Shown: positions 37,055 through 51,212 of the stretch, one piece after another | Numbering within the stretch: the stretch's first letter is position 1 | How the letters are laid out: each line of letters starts with the position of its first letter | Source of the DNA: Octopus vulgaris | Taxonomy: Eukaryota | Reading direction: 5' to 3' | DNA length: 64,000 nt | Assembly: GCA_951406725.2 (NCBI GenBank) | Contig: OX597822.1 | Span: forward strand, 94,674,001 to 94,738,000 | Position numbers and translations under genes: made by a program | The notes under the pieces: generated by a model | Seen by the model: only the letters and a program-made list of their open reading frames with translations | What the model was told of the DNA's origin: nothing | Database searches by the model: none

Positions 37055-38420
37055 TGAGAGTAAGTCAAAAATTATATGCACTTTTGTTTCTGTAATATAT
37101 TAAAGCAAAAGCAAGGGTTGAACAATTACATCATTCTTTTGACATAGTCTCCTTGCTTCTCTATGCATTTCTTCCACCGGTCCACAAGCTTGCTTTTTTC
37201 CATCGGAGAAGAAGGTTGCCATTTTTGCACTGATTCCTGAACTTATTCATCCATAGCAAATCAACAACCTATTTCTTTACTACCCACAAGGAGCTAAACA
37301 CAGAAGGGACAAACAAGGACAGACAAACAGTTTAAGTCGATTATATCGACCCCCAGTGCATAACTGGTACTTATTTAATCGACCCCGAAAGGATGAAAGG
37401 CAAAGTCGACCTCGGCGGAATTTGAACTCAGAACATAGCGGCAGATGAAATACTGCTAAGCATTTCACCCGGCGTGCTAACAATTCTGCCAGCTCGCCGC
37501 CTTAGTCACAGGAGATGAAACCTGAATCCGTCACTTTGAGTAAATCAACAACCTTCAAAGAGGTGATGATTGGAAGGGCTGGATCTGTACTGTATGCAAG
37601 GTGGTCCAGTAACTCAAAACTCAACCTTTCTATGGTTTCAACAGTGTGAACAGTCATATGTGGGTGCACATTGTCATGTAATAATAACACTTGCTCTGAC
37701 TATAGACCTTGGCATTTGGTGTGAATTGCTGGTTTCAGTTTGTTGACCTGCATTTCACTTTAGCCTACATAGTTGACCCCTTTTCCAGGTAATGCTTCAG
37801 TATAGGTCCTTTGCACCCCCAAAAAATGGTTAGTATCACTTGCTCTTCCGAAGGTTGAGTCATGAATTTCTTTCTCACTGGCAATTCTAGGTGTTCCCAC
37901 TCCATATTTTGCTTTTTGGATTCTGGCTCGAAGTGATGGATTCAGGTTTCATTTCCTCCAAAAAAAAAGCTTTGTCTTCACCATTGTAGTGGTTGAGTAA
38001 ACATTGACAGAGCTCCACATGATTACACTTATGCATTTTGGTAAGCTCTCTTGACACCTATCATGCACAGACATGGATGATTTCATATGCAGAACCATGA
38101 CTAATTTGCAGAGAACCTTCCACCTCGTCGGTGGTCACTCATCTGTTAAGCTTGTTGAATCTTCATGTCAGTGGCAGAGGTTGATGGGCATCCTGCACCC
38201 TCTTCATGCTTCACACTTGTCCAACAATTTTTAAACTTCTTGATCCACTCATACGCACTTCTACATGGCAAAGCACTGTCCCAATATTGCATTGAAAGCC
38301 TGCAATGAATTTCAACCTCTGACATACCTTCAGACTAGAGTAATTGGATTACTGATCTCTGTTCTTCCTTGGTGCATACTGGCAGCAGAGTGGCCGTGTT
38401 CACTTTGTAACACAAGAAAG
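37055..38420 (-). mobile_element. Decayed mariner element with a nested SINE
   Basis: CTKEEQRSVI, YEWIKKFK, LLLHDNVHPH, KLVDRWKKCIEKQGDYVK; only one TIR visible. Confidence 0.88.
37271..37503 (-). mobile_element. SINE family B inside the mariner
   Basis: Full-length copy; aaatcaacaacct repeated at 37258-37270 and 37542-37554. Confidence 0.9.
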
Positions 38421-41248
38421 TAAACTTGAGCAATCAAGATCAAACTTCAGTTATGGAACCACAAGTGTACTACCTTTTAGCATGCTGGTATAGAAGGCAG
38501 TGTAGCCAACCTAAAGGTAGTTTTGGTGATTTATGTGTTTGTGTTTTTGTGTTTGCTTCCCACCACTGCTTGACAATCGGTATTGGTTTATTTACATCCC
38601 AATGCCATAACTTAGTAATTTAGCACAAGAGACCAATAGAATAAGTACCAAGTTTAAGTAAAAACTAAAATTGAGTTTTCCAAAAAGTTTAATTCAGCAA
38701 AGTCAAATGACAACAAGATCTAAATTCATTGAAATTTAGTTCACTAGCAGAGTACTGTTCACATTCATTGGTCAAAAAAAAAAAATAAATAAAATAAAAT
38801 CTGTTCATGACAGCAAAGAACAGAATTTGCTTTACAATGTTACATAAAAAAGAGATTGGCATGTTCAGAGTGTAAAACAAGGGAAGAGTTATTTAACATA
38901 CCAAAAATATTTCTACCACCAATTTTTTTACTCCAAATATATAGTCTGGTCGAATGAAATAAAAAGAAATTTTCTGCTTCAGATAGCAACCAAATGTTCT
39001 CTTTTTTTCTTCTTCTTGTTACCAAAGTAAAATTTAATGCTTGAAAAACAAAGAAAATAATTTGAGTTATAAAATAACTTTTTTTTTTTTATTATTGTGA
39101 GAATATTTAGCCATGAAACTTTGTCTTCAGTACCAAGAAATAATTCATTCACATCTGTTTGGATTCTTATCAATAGCCATGTTCTTTTGTTTCCTGTCAG
39201 TAATTGCTTTCCCCTTCAAGATGCAGGGAGGGGGGAGCTTGTTTTTATTGAGCATGGCTAGGCCCAGACAAGCAAAGACAAACCAGCTACATTGGATTAC
39301 TTATTAACTGATGTCATATAGAAAAAAAAATGTTTTCTGTTATGTTTGTGTGTAAAATAAGCTAGCTTGAAGGGTTAGGCAGGTCATTTGACTTGAGAGA
39401 AACAAACATCATTTGATTACAATCCTTCTGTAATGAAAAGTTTGTCTTCATTTATCAACGTAAGTTCTTGATGCAGATCATTGGTTGAATATCTCACCTG
39501 TGTTTAATAGATATAAAAATGTGTTTATATGCTATTCTTGGCTTCCAACCATTTAATCACTCAGTTACAGAGTTACCGAAGATATTCTCGTTTTAGTTAA
39601 CTATAGTCTTGAAAATATTATTGTGCCAAAATCATTGGCATTAGAGTTTGATCAATCCACCTTTATCTTTAACTTCAGCGGGGTTGCCTGAAGGTGTTTC
39701 AGATAATATGATTTAGGACAGAATTCTTTTCGCTCTTCTTGCTTCGATTCTATTTGGCTATTGGCCAGTATACTGCTTGTTTTCAAAACAGCCATTAACA
39801 TATTTGTTTAAGATATTTTTAGAAAGCTAAAAAAAAAAATTGTTTTGGTTTATTTATTTATTGCTGTACTTTGTATTGTGAATTCTGAGATATGGGAATC
39901 AATCAGTCAATCAATGAATCAATCAATTCTGAAATAAACTCTGATTTGCTATTCACAAGACTATGGCACTAGTTTTGAAAACATGTATGAATGAAAACCT
40001 AGTTAGCTCAGACGTCCACTGACATTGTCTGCCAACAATGTTGATCCTAATGCTTTGACAGTTTATTTACTGGATGTTAGCATGTAACATCCACCACTGA
40101 TGTAACATTAAATCAAGGAGTGTAGAAATTAAAACACAGCATCTCTTGACATTTTAAAGGATCAGAAGAAGATTAAGATTGTTATCTCTAGTCATCCTTA
40201 AGAAACCGCTTTATGTTATAAGGATTTTTGAATTATTTATTGCAAAGACTATAAGCACCATAAAGTAAAATGTTAGTTATCTGGGACCCTTGATGTAGTT
40301 ATTTCACTATGTGTAATTAAATTTCATGTTCATTTATTTGTATTAATGTTAATTATCCACCAAGAAAAAAATAGAATCAATATTTTCTGCTTCTGCAATA
40401 CTTTCTCAATATCTCATGTAGGTATAGTTTTTATATACGCTACCAAAAGAATTTGGTTCTCGCGCTGTAAAAAATATATTTGATGAAGTATGCAAAACAT
40501 TAGGAAAATCTAAAATATTGTCTTTTGTAAAAAGTGTCATTGGTGGGAGGGGGGGGCTCCATTTCTTGCAGTATAAGTTTTTTGCAAAGCTGTGGCATAA
40601 CACTGTTCTCTTTAGCTAATGGTAATAAAATTTTGAGCAAATATATCTGCTTTCTGCATTCAAAAGGTTAAAATCTTTTTTCTATTTGCTGGATATGGAG
40701 GAAAGAACAGTGTCCAAGACCTTTGCAGACCCTCTTAGACTAGCAAGATCGATGCTATTAATGTTCCTCTTGAACCTTTGTAAGTCAACATTTGTGCCAG
40801 AGATATGTTCTTGTAAATATAAGTAGCTCATAAGCCCAAGGCCATTGCTTTGTTCAGGTCTTATGGCATTAAGTGCCTGTTAAATAACCCTTTTCTTGAC
40901 TCAGACCCTGATACCTACTTTAGACAGCTCAGGTGAATGGAGGCAGTCTAGAGTAAAGTGCTCAGCACTGAAATACTCAAACTCCCTGTTGCAGGTTTGA
41001 ACTCCAGACCTATGAACTATTAATCCACTCTACTATTTCACATACAGCTTGTATTTTGTGTAAGGCATGACCACCTTCACAACTCAGATTTTTCCCAAAC
41101 TTTACAGTTGATGAAGTAGATTAGTCAAGACATTGACCCTGTTTATCTCACTAGTTCACATGGGCAGTGCCATCTTAATGCATGGACACATTAGGCAGTT
41201 GCCCATGAGCCCCATGGGTCTTGGAGTCTACTGCTAATCTATATATGC

Positions 41249-41471
41249 GGTTGGCGAGCTGGCAGAATCGTTAGCTACGCCAGGTGAAATGCTTAGCGCT
41301 ATTTCGTCTGTCTTTACGTTCTGAGTTCAAATTCCGCTGAGGTCGACTTTGCCTTTCATCCTTTCGGGGTCGATTAAATAAGTACCAGTTACGCACTGAG
41401 GTTGATGTAATTGACTTAATCCGTTTGTTTGTCCTCTCTGTGTTTAGCCCCTTGTGGGTAGTAAAGAAATA
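41249..41471 (+). mobile_element. Full-length SINE family B with 16-bp TSD
   Basis: gctaatctatatatgc at 41233-41248 and 41472-41487. Confidence 0.93.
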
Positions 41472-41683
41472 GCTAATCTATATATGCTGTAGCTTACTAT
41501 TAATAAATAATATAGGCCCCTGTGTGTTGGTGTGACTAGTGGTGGTCAGATTCTATTTCAACAGACATAGAATCCCACCACCACTAGACGCAGATGACCC
41601 TGGATGTGGAGCAATTAAACATCATTGTTACCATATACAGTAGAACTTGATAAAAGAATAGGAGACAAAATAAAACACTACAT

Positions 41684-42089
41684 TCTCTTTTTACTCTTTT
41701 ACTTGTTTCAGTCATTTGACTGCGGCCATGCTGGAGCACCACCTTTAATCGAGCAACTCGACACCGGCACTTATTCTTTGTAAGCCCAGTACTTATTCTA
41801 TTGGTCTGTTTTGCCGAACCGCTAAGTGACGGGGGCATAAACACACCAGCATTGGTTGTCAAGCAATGCTAGGGGGACAAACACAGACACAAACACACAC
41901 ACATATATATATATATACATATATACGACGGGCTTCTTTCAGTTTCCGTCTACCAAATCCACTCACAAGGCATTGGTCAGCCCGAGGCTATAGTAGAAGA
42001 CACTTGCCCAAGGTGCCACGCAGTGGGACTGAACCCAGAACCATGTGGTTGGTAAACAAGCTACTTACCACACAGCCACTCCTGTGCCT
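41684..42089 (-). mobile_element. Full-length SINE family A
   Basis: Reverse complement aligns with 12757-13155. Confidence 0.93.
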
Positions 42090-43064
42090 GTTTTGGTCTT
42101 TATGAATAACTGAATGAGAATTCATCAGTACGGTATCTAGCATGGCTTGATGTATTTGGCCTATGCCATTGGTAGTGTTTCTGGGGATGAAACAAACTTA
42201 TACACAGCTTCAATAGTCTTCTTTACATCCAGAAATGCTAGGGGAGTTTGTTTTGTTTTTTTTTGTTTCTTTTCAATTACTGTTTCATGCTTTGTATAAA
42301 GATTAATCTAGTGTCAACTCAGTGTGATATAATTTGTTGTGACATTGTTTATTATCAGAGGTTTATGCGGATTAAGAATTTATTGTATATCACCCCACAC
42401 CCTTGTTAATGGCTTTGTACTTGATAGAGATGCAATTATTAATGTTATAATTAAGAAGATTGACAAGGGTGGCAGACAGACTAGAAGACCATCAAACCAA
42501 ATACCCTGCACCTTGCACTCCTTAATTACATGCCTTTATATTCCGAGCTTAAATCCTGCTGGGGTTAATAAATTAAGCACCACTTAAGTAGTGTCAGAAT
42601 AGATTTAAGTAAGTCTACCCTCTCCGAAACTGAAATTTTGTTGCTATGTGTTTATGTTTGAAATCAATATTAATAAGGTGGTTATGGGCTGTCAGAAATA
42701 GTAGAACAATGGATTAAATACAATACTTGGATTATTTCATTTTATGTTGTTTTTGCTTTTTGTCCAATTTCTGACTTCAAATCTTACATGAATTGACTTT
42801 TCTCTTTCATTCTTCCAGAGTCAATACATCATTGTTGTCGTCATTGTCAAAATTTTATGTCTGTTTTTGCCATGTTGGCAGGGGTTGGATGGATTTTTAT
42901 TGTATTTCATCTCTTGTTGCATTTCATCTATTTGCCACACACAGCAACAAAAAAGAAAAAAGACAGAAAAAAAGTCAACTTTGTTGTTGTGTGTGTCTCA
43001 CAATGTGAACAGCATACAGTAACAGAATCATCATCATCATCAGGGTCGTTATTATATTCTGGCT

Positions 43065-43452
43065 TTGAATTCTGAGCTCAAATTCTGCCTAGGTTGACTT
43101 TGCCTTTTATCCTTTCAGAGTTGATAAAATAAGTACCAGTTGCGTGCTGGGGGTTGATGTAATTGACTAGCCTCCGCCCACCCCACCCTACCCCACAAAA
43201 TTTCAAGCCTGTGCCAATAGTAGAAAGGATTATCATCATCAAGGCATCGAGCTGGCAGAATTGTTAGCAAGCTGGGTGAACTGCTTAGCAGTGTTTCATC
43301 TGTCTTTATGTTCTGAGTTCAAATTCTGCTGAGGTCAACTTTGCCCTTCATTTTTCAGGATTGATAAATTAAGTACCAGTTGCATACTGGGGTCAATGTA
43401 GTCGACTAGTCCTCTCCCTCAAATTTCAAGCCGTGTGCTTATAGTAGAAAGG

Positions 43453-43505
<53 letters not shown>

Positions 43506-43533
43506 CATCATTATCATTATTATTATTATTATG

Positions 43534-43574
<41 letters not shown>

Positions 43575-43662
43575 GGTACAAGTTAATCATTGGGGTTGAT
43601 GTAATTGACCAACAAAAAAAAAAAGAAGAAATAAGAAATCCAGGCCTTGTGGCTATAGTAGA

Positions 43663-43694
<32 letters not shown>

Positions 43695-44665
43695 AAAGGT
43701 AGTAACTGGTAGTAACCTGACAAAATGCTGTGTAGCATTTCATCCATCTTTTATATTTCTGGATTCAAATTCCACCAAGGTCAACTTTGCCTTTACTCCT
43801 TTTAGGGTCAATGAAAAAGTACTAGTTAAGCACTCGGGGTCAGTGTAATTGACTTTCTCCCCCCCCCCCACCACAAAATTTCAGGCCTTGTACTTATAGT
43901 GGAAAGGATTATTATTATTATTCAACTAAGCCAGAGGTGTAACCAGCCCACTTATGCGTACCTTCCCTTCATTGGACACTGCTTGCAAAGACCTGTTGAA
44001 GCAAATGAAATCGAAATCAAATTCGATGACTGGCATCCGTGCTAGTGGAGCACTAAGAGCACCATCCGAGCGTGATCGTTGCCAGAGCGGCTAACTGGCG
44101 TTCGTACTGGTGGCACGTAAAAAGCACCATTCGAGTATGATCGTTACCAACATTACCTTACTGGCACTTGTGCCGGTGTGCAGGTGACACGTAAAATGAA
44201 AAAATAAAAAATGATTTCTTTGTGGCCGTTGCCTGTACCACCTGACTGGCCCTCGTGCTGGTGGCACATAAAAGCACCCACTACACTCTTGGAGTGGTTG
44301 GCGTTAGAAAGGGCATTCAGCTGTAGAAACTCTGCCAGATCAAGACCGGAGCCTGGTGCAGCCATCTGGTTCGTCAGTCCTCAGTCAAATTGTCCAACCC
44401 ATGCTAGCATGGGAAGCGGATGTTAAATGATGATGATGATGATGATGATGATGAAGCTGGCAGAATTGTTAGCATGCCGGGCGAAATACTTTGTGGTATT
44501 TTGTCTGTCACTACATTCCAAGTTCAAATTCTGCTGAGGTTGACTTTGCCTTTCATCCTTTCAGGATCGATAAAATAAGTACCAGTTGAACTGGTACTTA
44601 TGTAATCGACTCATCCCCTCCCCTCAAAACTGCTGCCCTCGTGGCAAAATTTGAAACCATTGTTA
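43065..44665 (+). mobile_element. Head-to-tail cluster of SINE B variants separated by (ATT)n, with a family C copy at ~43930-44453
   Basis: Repeated gagttcaaattc...aagtaccagtt...agaaaggatt(att)n units. Confidence 0.85.
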
Positions 44666-44684
44666 TTATTATTATTATTATTAT

Positions 44685-45026
44685 GAAAAAAAATTTCTGG
44701 ATATCTATACACTAGCCACCAGGCACCACCTAGACACCCGAGGTAGGTAACGTATATTGATGTTCTAAATAAAAATCTCATAATTGTAAGTGCTAGGACT
44801 GGATAGATTAAAAACAAAAGAAGTGTACACATGAGTGCTCAATAAAAATTCTATAGAGCTATGAAATTTAAGGTGATAGCGCTTTTCATTTAATGTGTAG
44901 CGCCCATTAGGATTACTTTTTGTATTTCTTTTAAGCATGGTTTTTCTGGTATCGTGTCTGCGAATCTCTCTGTTCTTTCCTTTATTACCTCAAGTGCCCC
45001 TGTGATAGCAAGTACTGTAAAGATTT
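44685..45026 (-). mobile_element. Second R4/Dong-like 3' fragment
   Basis: AITGALEVIKE...IPEKPCLKEIQKVILMGATH aligns with IVGALGMIKK...IPWLPSLQEVQKFVLTGTSH at 9565-9930; (ATT)n on both sides. Confidence 0.8.
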
Positions 45027-45042
45027 TCATTATTATTATTAC

Positions 45043-45087
<45 letters not shown>

Positions 45088-45146
45088 CATTATTATTATT
45101 ATCATCATTATTATTATTATTATTATTATCATTATTATTATTATCA

Positions 45147-45180
<34 letters not shown>

Positions 45181-45230
45181 CATTATTATTATTATTATTA
45201 TTATCATTATTATTATTATTATTATTATTA

Positions 45231-45276
<46 letters not shown>

Positions 45277-45356
45277 CATTATTATTATTATCATCATTAT
45301 TATTATTATCATTATTATTATTATCATCATTATTATTATCATTATTATTATTATCA

Positions 45357-45399
<43 letters not shown>

Positions 45400-45434
45400 C
45401 ATTATTATTATTATTATCATTATTATTATTATCA

Positions 45435-45468
<34 letters not shown>

Positions 45469-45497
45469 CATTATTATCATCATTATTATTATCATTA
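45027..45497. repeat. ~470-bp (ATT)n array interrupted by ATC units
   Basis: Direct reading. Confidence 0.98.
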
Positions 45498-46257
45498 TCA
45501 AATTATTATACAAAACTATTATTACTTAATGTTTAATATGGTTTTCCACTAATTATTATAGCAATATTTTATATATGTTTATTAAACAGCTTTTATTTCT
45601 CTCATGCTTCTCTTTCTCTCTCTCTCTCTCTCTCAGTCTCTCTTTCTCTCTTTATCACTCCTCTCTCTCTTTCTCCTCTGATATCTCTTGTCCTTCATTA
45701 TTTTCTCTGTATCCTTTCAGATTTACTCTCAAGTTCCCTCTCCATCTCTGTTGCACACTTTCCTTTCTTCAACCGTCCTTTTCATTCTTTCTCCCTCTTG
45801 TTCCCTTTGCTCTTTCTGTCTGTCTTTCTTTCTACCTCTCATGCTCTCCCCTAACTCTCTCTCTCTCTCTCTCTCTTTCACTCTCTCTCCTCTCTTCCTC
45901 CTGTCTGTGACCCTCTCCATTGCTCTCCCTATTCACTCCCCATTCACCAAAAGATGTGATCTCATAGAGCAGTAGTAGTATATTATTGATTTATTTTATT
46001 ACCGATATCACAATAAACCTAATCTACCTTTCTACTAAGTGCCACACTTTTATTTTAGATTCTTCTACTTTATTATTATCATCATCATCATCATCATTAT
46101 TATTACTATTATTATTATTATTATTATTAGAAGTAGTGGTGGTGGGATGAGGAGTTGTTATGTTTTGGCTTAATTGTTTTTTTTTATGGTTTATTTTTAA
46201 GCTCCACTGGCTGCTTTATGATTTTTTTCTCATGTTTTATCATCGTCATCATCATCA

Positions 46258-46304
<47 letters not shown>

Positions 46305-46416
46305 GTTGTTGTTGTTGCTATTCGTTCTGTATTGTGGTTGTTGAGAAGCAATGTATCCAAGGCTGGTTGTCAGTATTGTGTTACAACCTAGAAGGTAATG
46401 TGTGTGTGTGTGTGTG

Positions 46417-46454
<38 letters not shown>

Positions 46455-48489
46455 TGTGTGTGAGTGCCTTTGTGTCTGCGTGTGTGCGTGTGTTTATGTG
46501 TGTCTCCTTTGTCTCCTTGTACAATTGTCCGAGCACAGATTGAATTTCCATTCCCGGGATTTCCGTTCTGGTTTCTATAGCTTATTATTATCGTGTCATG
46601 GGTTGGACAGTTCTACAATTCTCGGGTTCTTTCTTGAACGTTTCAAGTCAAATGCCTTTTGTTTGTCAGACTTACAATTCCTCCATTTGATGGTCAGATG
46701 CCTCTGTGTCATGGTCAGCTGGACTCTGTTTCATAATCAGATACCTTTGTTCAACAGACTCGCTTGTTTGATGATCGTTTGCTTTTTCTAATCTACATTA
46801 ATCACCCAATTGTGAAATATTGTCTACGGCTTGATTCATTGAGAGTGATAGATCTTCAAGCTTGTGTTCATTCTTATCACCTCTCAATTGGAAATCAAGC
46901 ACCTTAACTATTTCGTGCAGGAAAATCTCAATATACACATATTATTGAAGAGGATTTACAGCTGGCTGTCATTCCAGCTGCTAACCATTCAGCCATGAAG
47001 TGGAAGTAGAACCTATTGTCAGTTAGGCAAGTAGATCTACAGGCTTAACATGATGCACGTGAAATATGCAGCACAAACCACAGACATAGCTATGTGGTTA
47101 ACTTTGCAACTGTGTGGTTGTGGTCTTAGGTTCAACCTCATCAGGCAATGCATTGTACAACCAACAGTGTTTTGATATCTGAAGTTGGTAGACAGGGAAC
47201 TGAAAAAAAACCCCCTCTGTGTGTGTGTGTGTGTGTGTCTGTGTGCGTGCGTGCTAGTTTGTGGGTTTGTATCTCCTTGTCTTGATATCGCATGCTGATT
47301 GTAAACAAATATCACCATCACATGAACAGTCGTTCATTTGTGATCTTCTCTGGAAGCATGTCAGGTCATTGTTGTGTTCCTGCTAGAATGACAAAGGAAA
47401 AAATGTTACCTTACTTAGGAAACAAGTGAGCCGGCTACAGGGAAAGCATTTGGCCATAGAAATTCTGCCTCAACAAGTTTCATCTGACCCATGCAAAGAG
47501 GGATAGGAAAGTGGCAATTAAAAGAATAATGATGATGACAACGCTAATAGTAATGAAGAAGAGGAGGAGGAGGAAGAAGAGCAGTGTATGTGTGTTTGTC
47601 TGTATGATAAAGTTGTTCCTGATTCCAGCACAGGATCTGCAGACCATAATGTGCAATTAAGTTTTCAAAGTGAGATCACACCCAATGTGTTGAAAATAGT
47701 GTTATATCCCCACCGCTTCTTCCTTCTCAGAACACAACAACCACTGAGAAAACTCACTTATGAATTGTGATATCGAATCATCTAATTACATTTTTATAAG
47801 ACAGAATTCGATCAACATCTGTTACGTTTTGTCTTGCTTTGTTTTGTGTGTTTATTTTTTAATTTTTTGTTGCTAACAATGCAAAACAATTTCCAACCCG
47901 TCTTAAAGAAGAGTAGGGCATATATGCAGTTCAAAATGCATTCATATTAACAGTTAAGTAGCTACAGTGCAACTCTGCATCTTCTTTAATTATTAATTTA
48001 GAAAAGTGAACTTTTATTAGTGAGCTATGTTTGACATCATTGTAAGGACCTAGTTGCATTCTTGAGAAAATTATCAGTAAATCCTACACCTGGCATTTTC
48101 AACAATGCTATGGTACCCCCCCCCCCCCCACCACCATATTTTCTTTTTGTTTTTACTAAAAGTCAGGAGAGAAGGCAGTGCCCATGACATTTTACAAAAA
48201 CTTCAAAGACTAGTTGGAGACCTGGCTTGAATGGTTGAATGGTGCTAAATGCAGCTAAGGCTGTAAGTGGTGGTGACAGCGTTGGCTGTGTAGTTTTGTA
48301 ATGTGGTGGTGGTGGTGGAGGTGGTATACAGAATGATGGAATAGGACTATCATCCTTGTAGGCCCTGGCAGGATTTGAACTCAGAATGCAAAGAACCAGA
48401 ACAAATGTTGCACAACATCCTGTCAATTACAGATGCAATTACTTTACAACAGGGCTTCTTATTAGTAATCTTATTAAGTATATTGTTTG

Positions 48490-48862
48490 TAGGCGCAGAC
48501 ATGGCTGTGTGGTAAGAAGCTTCTCAACTACATGGTCTGGGGTTCAATCCCACTGCGTGGCACCTTGGGTAAATGTCTTCTACTATAACATCAAGCAGGC
48601 CAAAGCCTTGTGAGTAGATTTGGTAGACAGAAACTGAAAGAAGCCTGTTGCATGTGTGTGTGTGTGCATGCGCGCATGTCTTTGTCTCTGAGTTTATCCC
48701 CACCACCACCACCACCGCCACCACTCAAAATCTAGTGTTGGTGTGTTTATGTCTTCCATAACTTAGCGATTAGGCAAAAGAGACTGATAGAATAAAAAAT
48801 AGATCCTGGGGTTGATTTGTTCAACTAAAACCCTCAGTCAAGTGACTGAAACAAGTAAAAGA
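48490..48862 (+). mobile_element. SINE family A, diverged
   Basis: Head, core and tail recognisable. Confidence 0.85.
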
Positions 48863-49212
48863 TGCAAAATAAGAGAAAGTAGAGAGAATTCTTTTGGAAC
48901 AGTGCTTTGTATAAGAATATAAATGATGATTTTTTTTAATATGAAGTACATTGGCTGCTAAGAGGCTGGATGACCAATCACATGGTCATCTGTTTGTAGA
49001 GTTAAGGAACTGGATTATTGATTAGGGTCATTAGTTGTAAAATTTAAAGGCTGGATTGATAATCATGTGATTATTAGTTGTGAAGTTAAGGGACTGGATG
49101 CAATATTGTACTCCCTCAGATATGAACAACATACAACTAAAATCCTCAAAGTGGCCACATGCTATGCACCCCGAAGGCCTAGCTTTTTTCTTCATGGTTC
49201 CTTCAGTTACTT

Positions 49213-49500
49213 ATAATAATAATAATAATGAAATTATTGTATACAGTGCTCAGGTGCACCACAACTTGTCAAAAGTGCGTATAAAGCATGTGCCTTAATG
49301 TACAAATGTCTAGAAAGTAAACAGTGTATGAGTCAGATACATGCTTGTGTGTGTATGGAGGGGGGAAAATCAGGTGTAGTGTTGGCGAATCTCGGGAAGC
49401 ATGGAAGTTTTGAAGGATGCAGTGCTCCGACAACTAACAACTGATGCTGGCAGTCTGTTCCATACTTCAGCAACTCTTAGTGTGAAAAAATGTTTCCGGG
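49213..49500 (-). mobile_element. CR1-group LINE 3' end
   Basis: RKHFFTLRVAEVWNRLPASVVSCRSTASFK motif, short 3' UTR and (ATT)n tail. Confidence 0.85.
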
Positions 49501-50446
49501 TGAGCCCCACCATGGAATTCTACATGTACAGACAGCCTAGACTGTATTAAAGGAATCACTCAACAACACTACATCTTCTCACCCGTTGATGTGCTGGTAG
49601 TTCACTCTGCCTCTTTCTAACACTACTACAATGATCTCTTCTATTGGAGCTGGTTGATCTTATGTCACATCCACTCAAGCCCACTTAACTCAATGGACAC
49701 TTCATCTCTTGTCACCTAAGTGGTTGTTGCTCCCCTGTGTCATACTAACTACTTCTCTCTGCCCTTTCCTCGTAGAATGTCACCACACCCTTCCTATGTC
49801 TTTTGTACTTCCATCAAGGACATAGACTGGATCAGTAACAGCAAGCCTGTGAAAACCATTGTTATAGACCTTTCCTACAGGCCTAAACATTAAGATAAAA
49901 CATATATCTTAGTGGGTCTCTCTGTAGCTTTTTTCTGATCTTTGTTAATGTCTGTTGACAAAAAGAAAGAAAGAAAGAAAGAAAGAAAGGTGTATGTAGG
50001 ACCTGTTTGTCTGTGTATCCATTGCGGTACATATGAAAGAAGCCAACATCTGGTTAATTCTCTTAAATGTGTGATGTGTCTGAGAAAAAGAAAAATACAA
50101 AATAATGTCTGTGTTGATATCAAGATAGCAATTTTCCTGTTAAATGTGATAGATTGACAATATAACTATGCTAAAGTTTATTTCTAATGTTTTATACTCA
50201 TACCTTCTGGTTATCCTATCTTGTCTCTACTGGTGTGTGGAATATTAAAAATTCTCTCTCTGCTAATTTCTGCTGCGTTATTACGAGGTCACATTGATCA
50301 GAATGATTTATATTTCATTGTCTCAACTGATGTTGGTTACTCACTGTGGTCATTAAAAGACAAGTGGATGGTCTGCATTGAATTTCCTTGTTAGTCACCA
50401 GATATCTCTAGCAACCTGTTAATTTATGGGTTATACAATTACATGT

Positions 50447-50700
50447 AAAGGCACATGGCTTAGTAGTGAAGGTGTTGCGCTCACAATTGCAAGATCGTGG
50501 TTTCAATTCCCAGACCATATATGAATTGTAATCATGAGCAAAACACTTCATTTCATATTGCTCCAGTCTACTCAGTAAATGGATAACCCTGTGACATACA
50601 GCATTCCTGTCCATCTAGCCAGCTGGATGGCATTATTCGGAAGTTGAGCAATGTGAAGCACATTGTGCCTAGGGGTGTATATCAGCATCTAATAGCCTGG
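50447..50700 (+). mobile_element. SINE family E-like copy
   Basis: tggcttagtagtgaag and ggtttcaattccc boxes; gagcaaaacacttcatttca core. Confidence 0.65.
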
Positions 50701-50876
50701 TTGATGCTATAATAATTATATAATTTATCATTTGTAGTGTTTTATAATTGGAAAATATAGCTTTCCATGGATCACAGCCATGTGAATTCGGCCATTATAT
50801 AACTGAAGTAGATTTCAACTCAGAACCCTGAACTAATGACCCTAAACCTTATTTTATATTTAGATTAGGCTCAGGC

Positions 50877-51212
50877 ATCATCATCATCATCATCATCATC
50901 GTTCAACGTCCATTTTCCATGCTAGCATGGGTTGAACGGTTCAACTGGGGTCTGGGAAGTCAGAAGGCTGCACCGGGCTCCAGTCTGATCTGGCAGTGTT
51001 TCTACAGCTGGATGAACTTCCTAACGCCAACCACTCCGTGAGTGTAGTGGGTGCTTTTTACGTGCCACTGGCACGGGGGCCAGATGAGGCTGGCAACGGC
51101 CACAATCGGATGGTGCTTTTTACGTGCCACCGGCACGGAGGTCAGTCGGAGCAGCACTGGCAACGGCCACGTTTGGATGGTTCTCTTACGTGCCACCAGC
51201 ACTGGTATCATA
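50877..51212 (-). mobile_element. Family C (RTE 3' UTR) copy with few tandem units
   Basis: (ATC)n then gttcaacgtccattttccatgctagc; aligns with the 28442 copy. Confidence 0.9.

Noticed and set aside
39679-39693. 15-nt symmetric microexon candidate (GLPE)
   Set aside because: Weak donor gtgttt and no independent support.
44890-45529. Poly-Ile ORFs of 191-207 aa
   Set aside because: Translation of the ATT/ATC array; only the last ~45 codons are LINE-derived.
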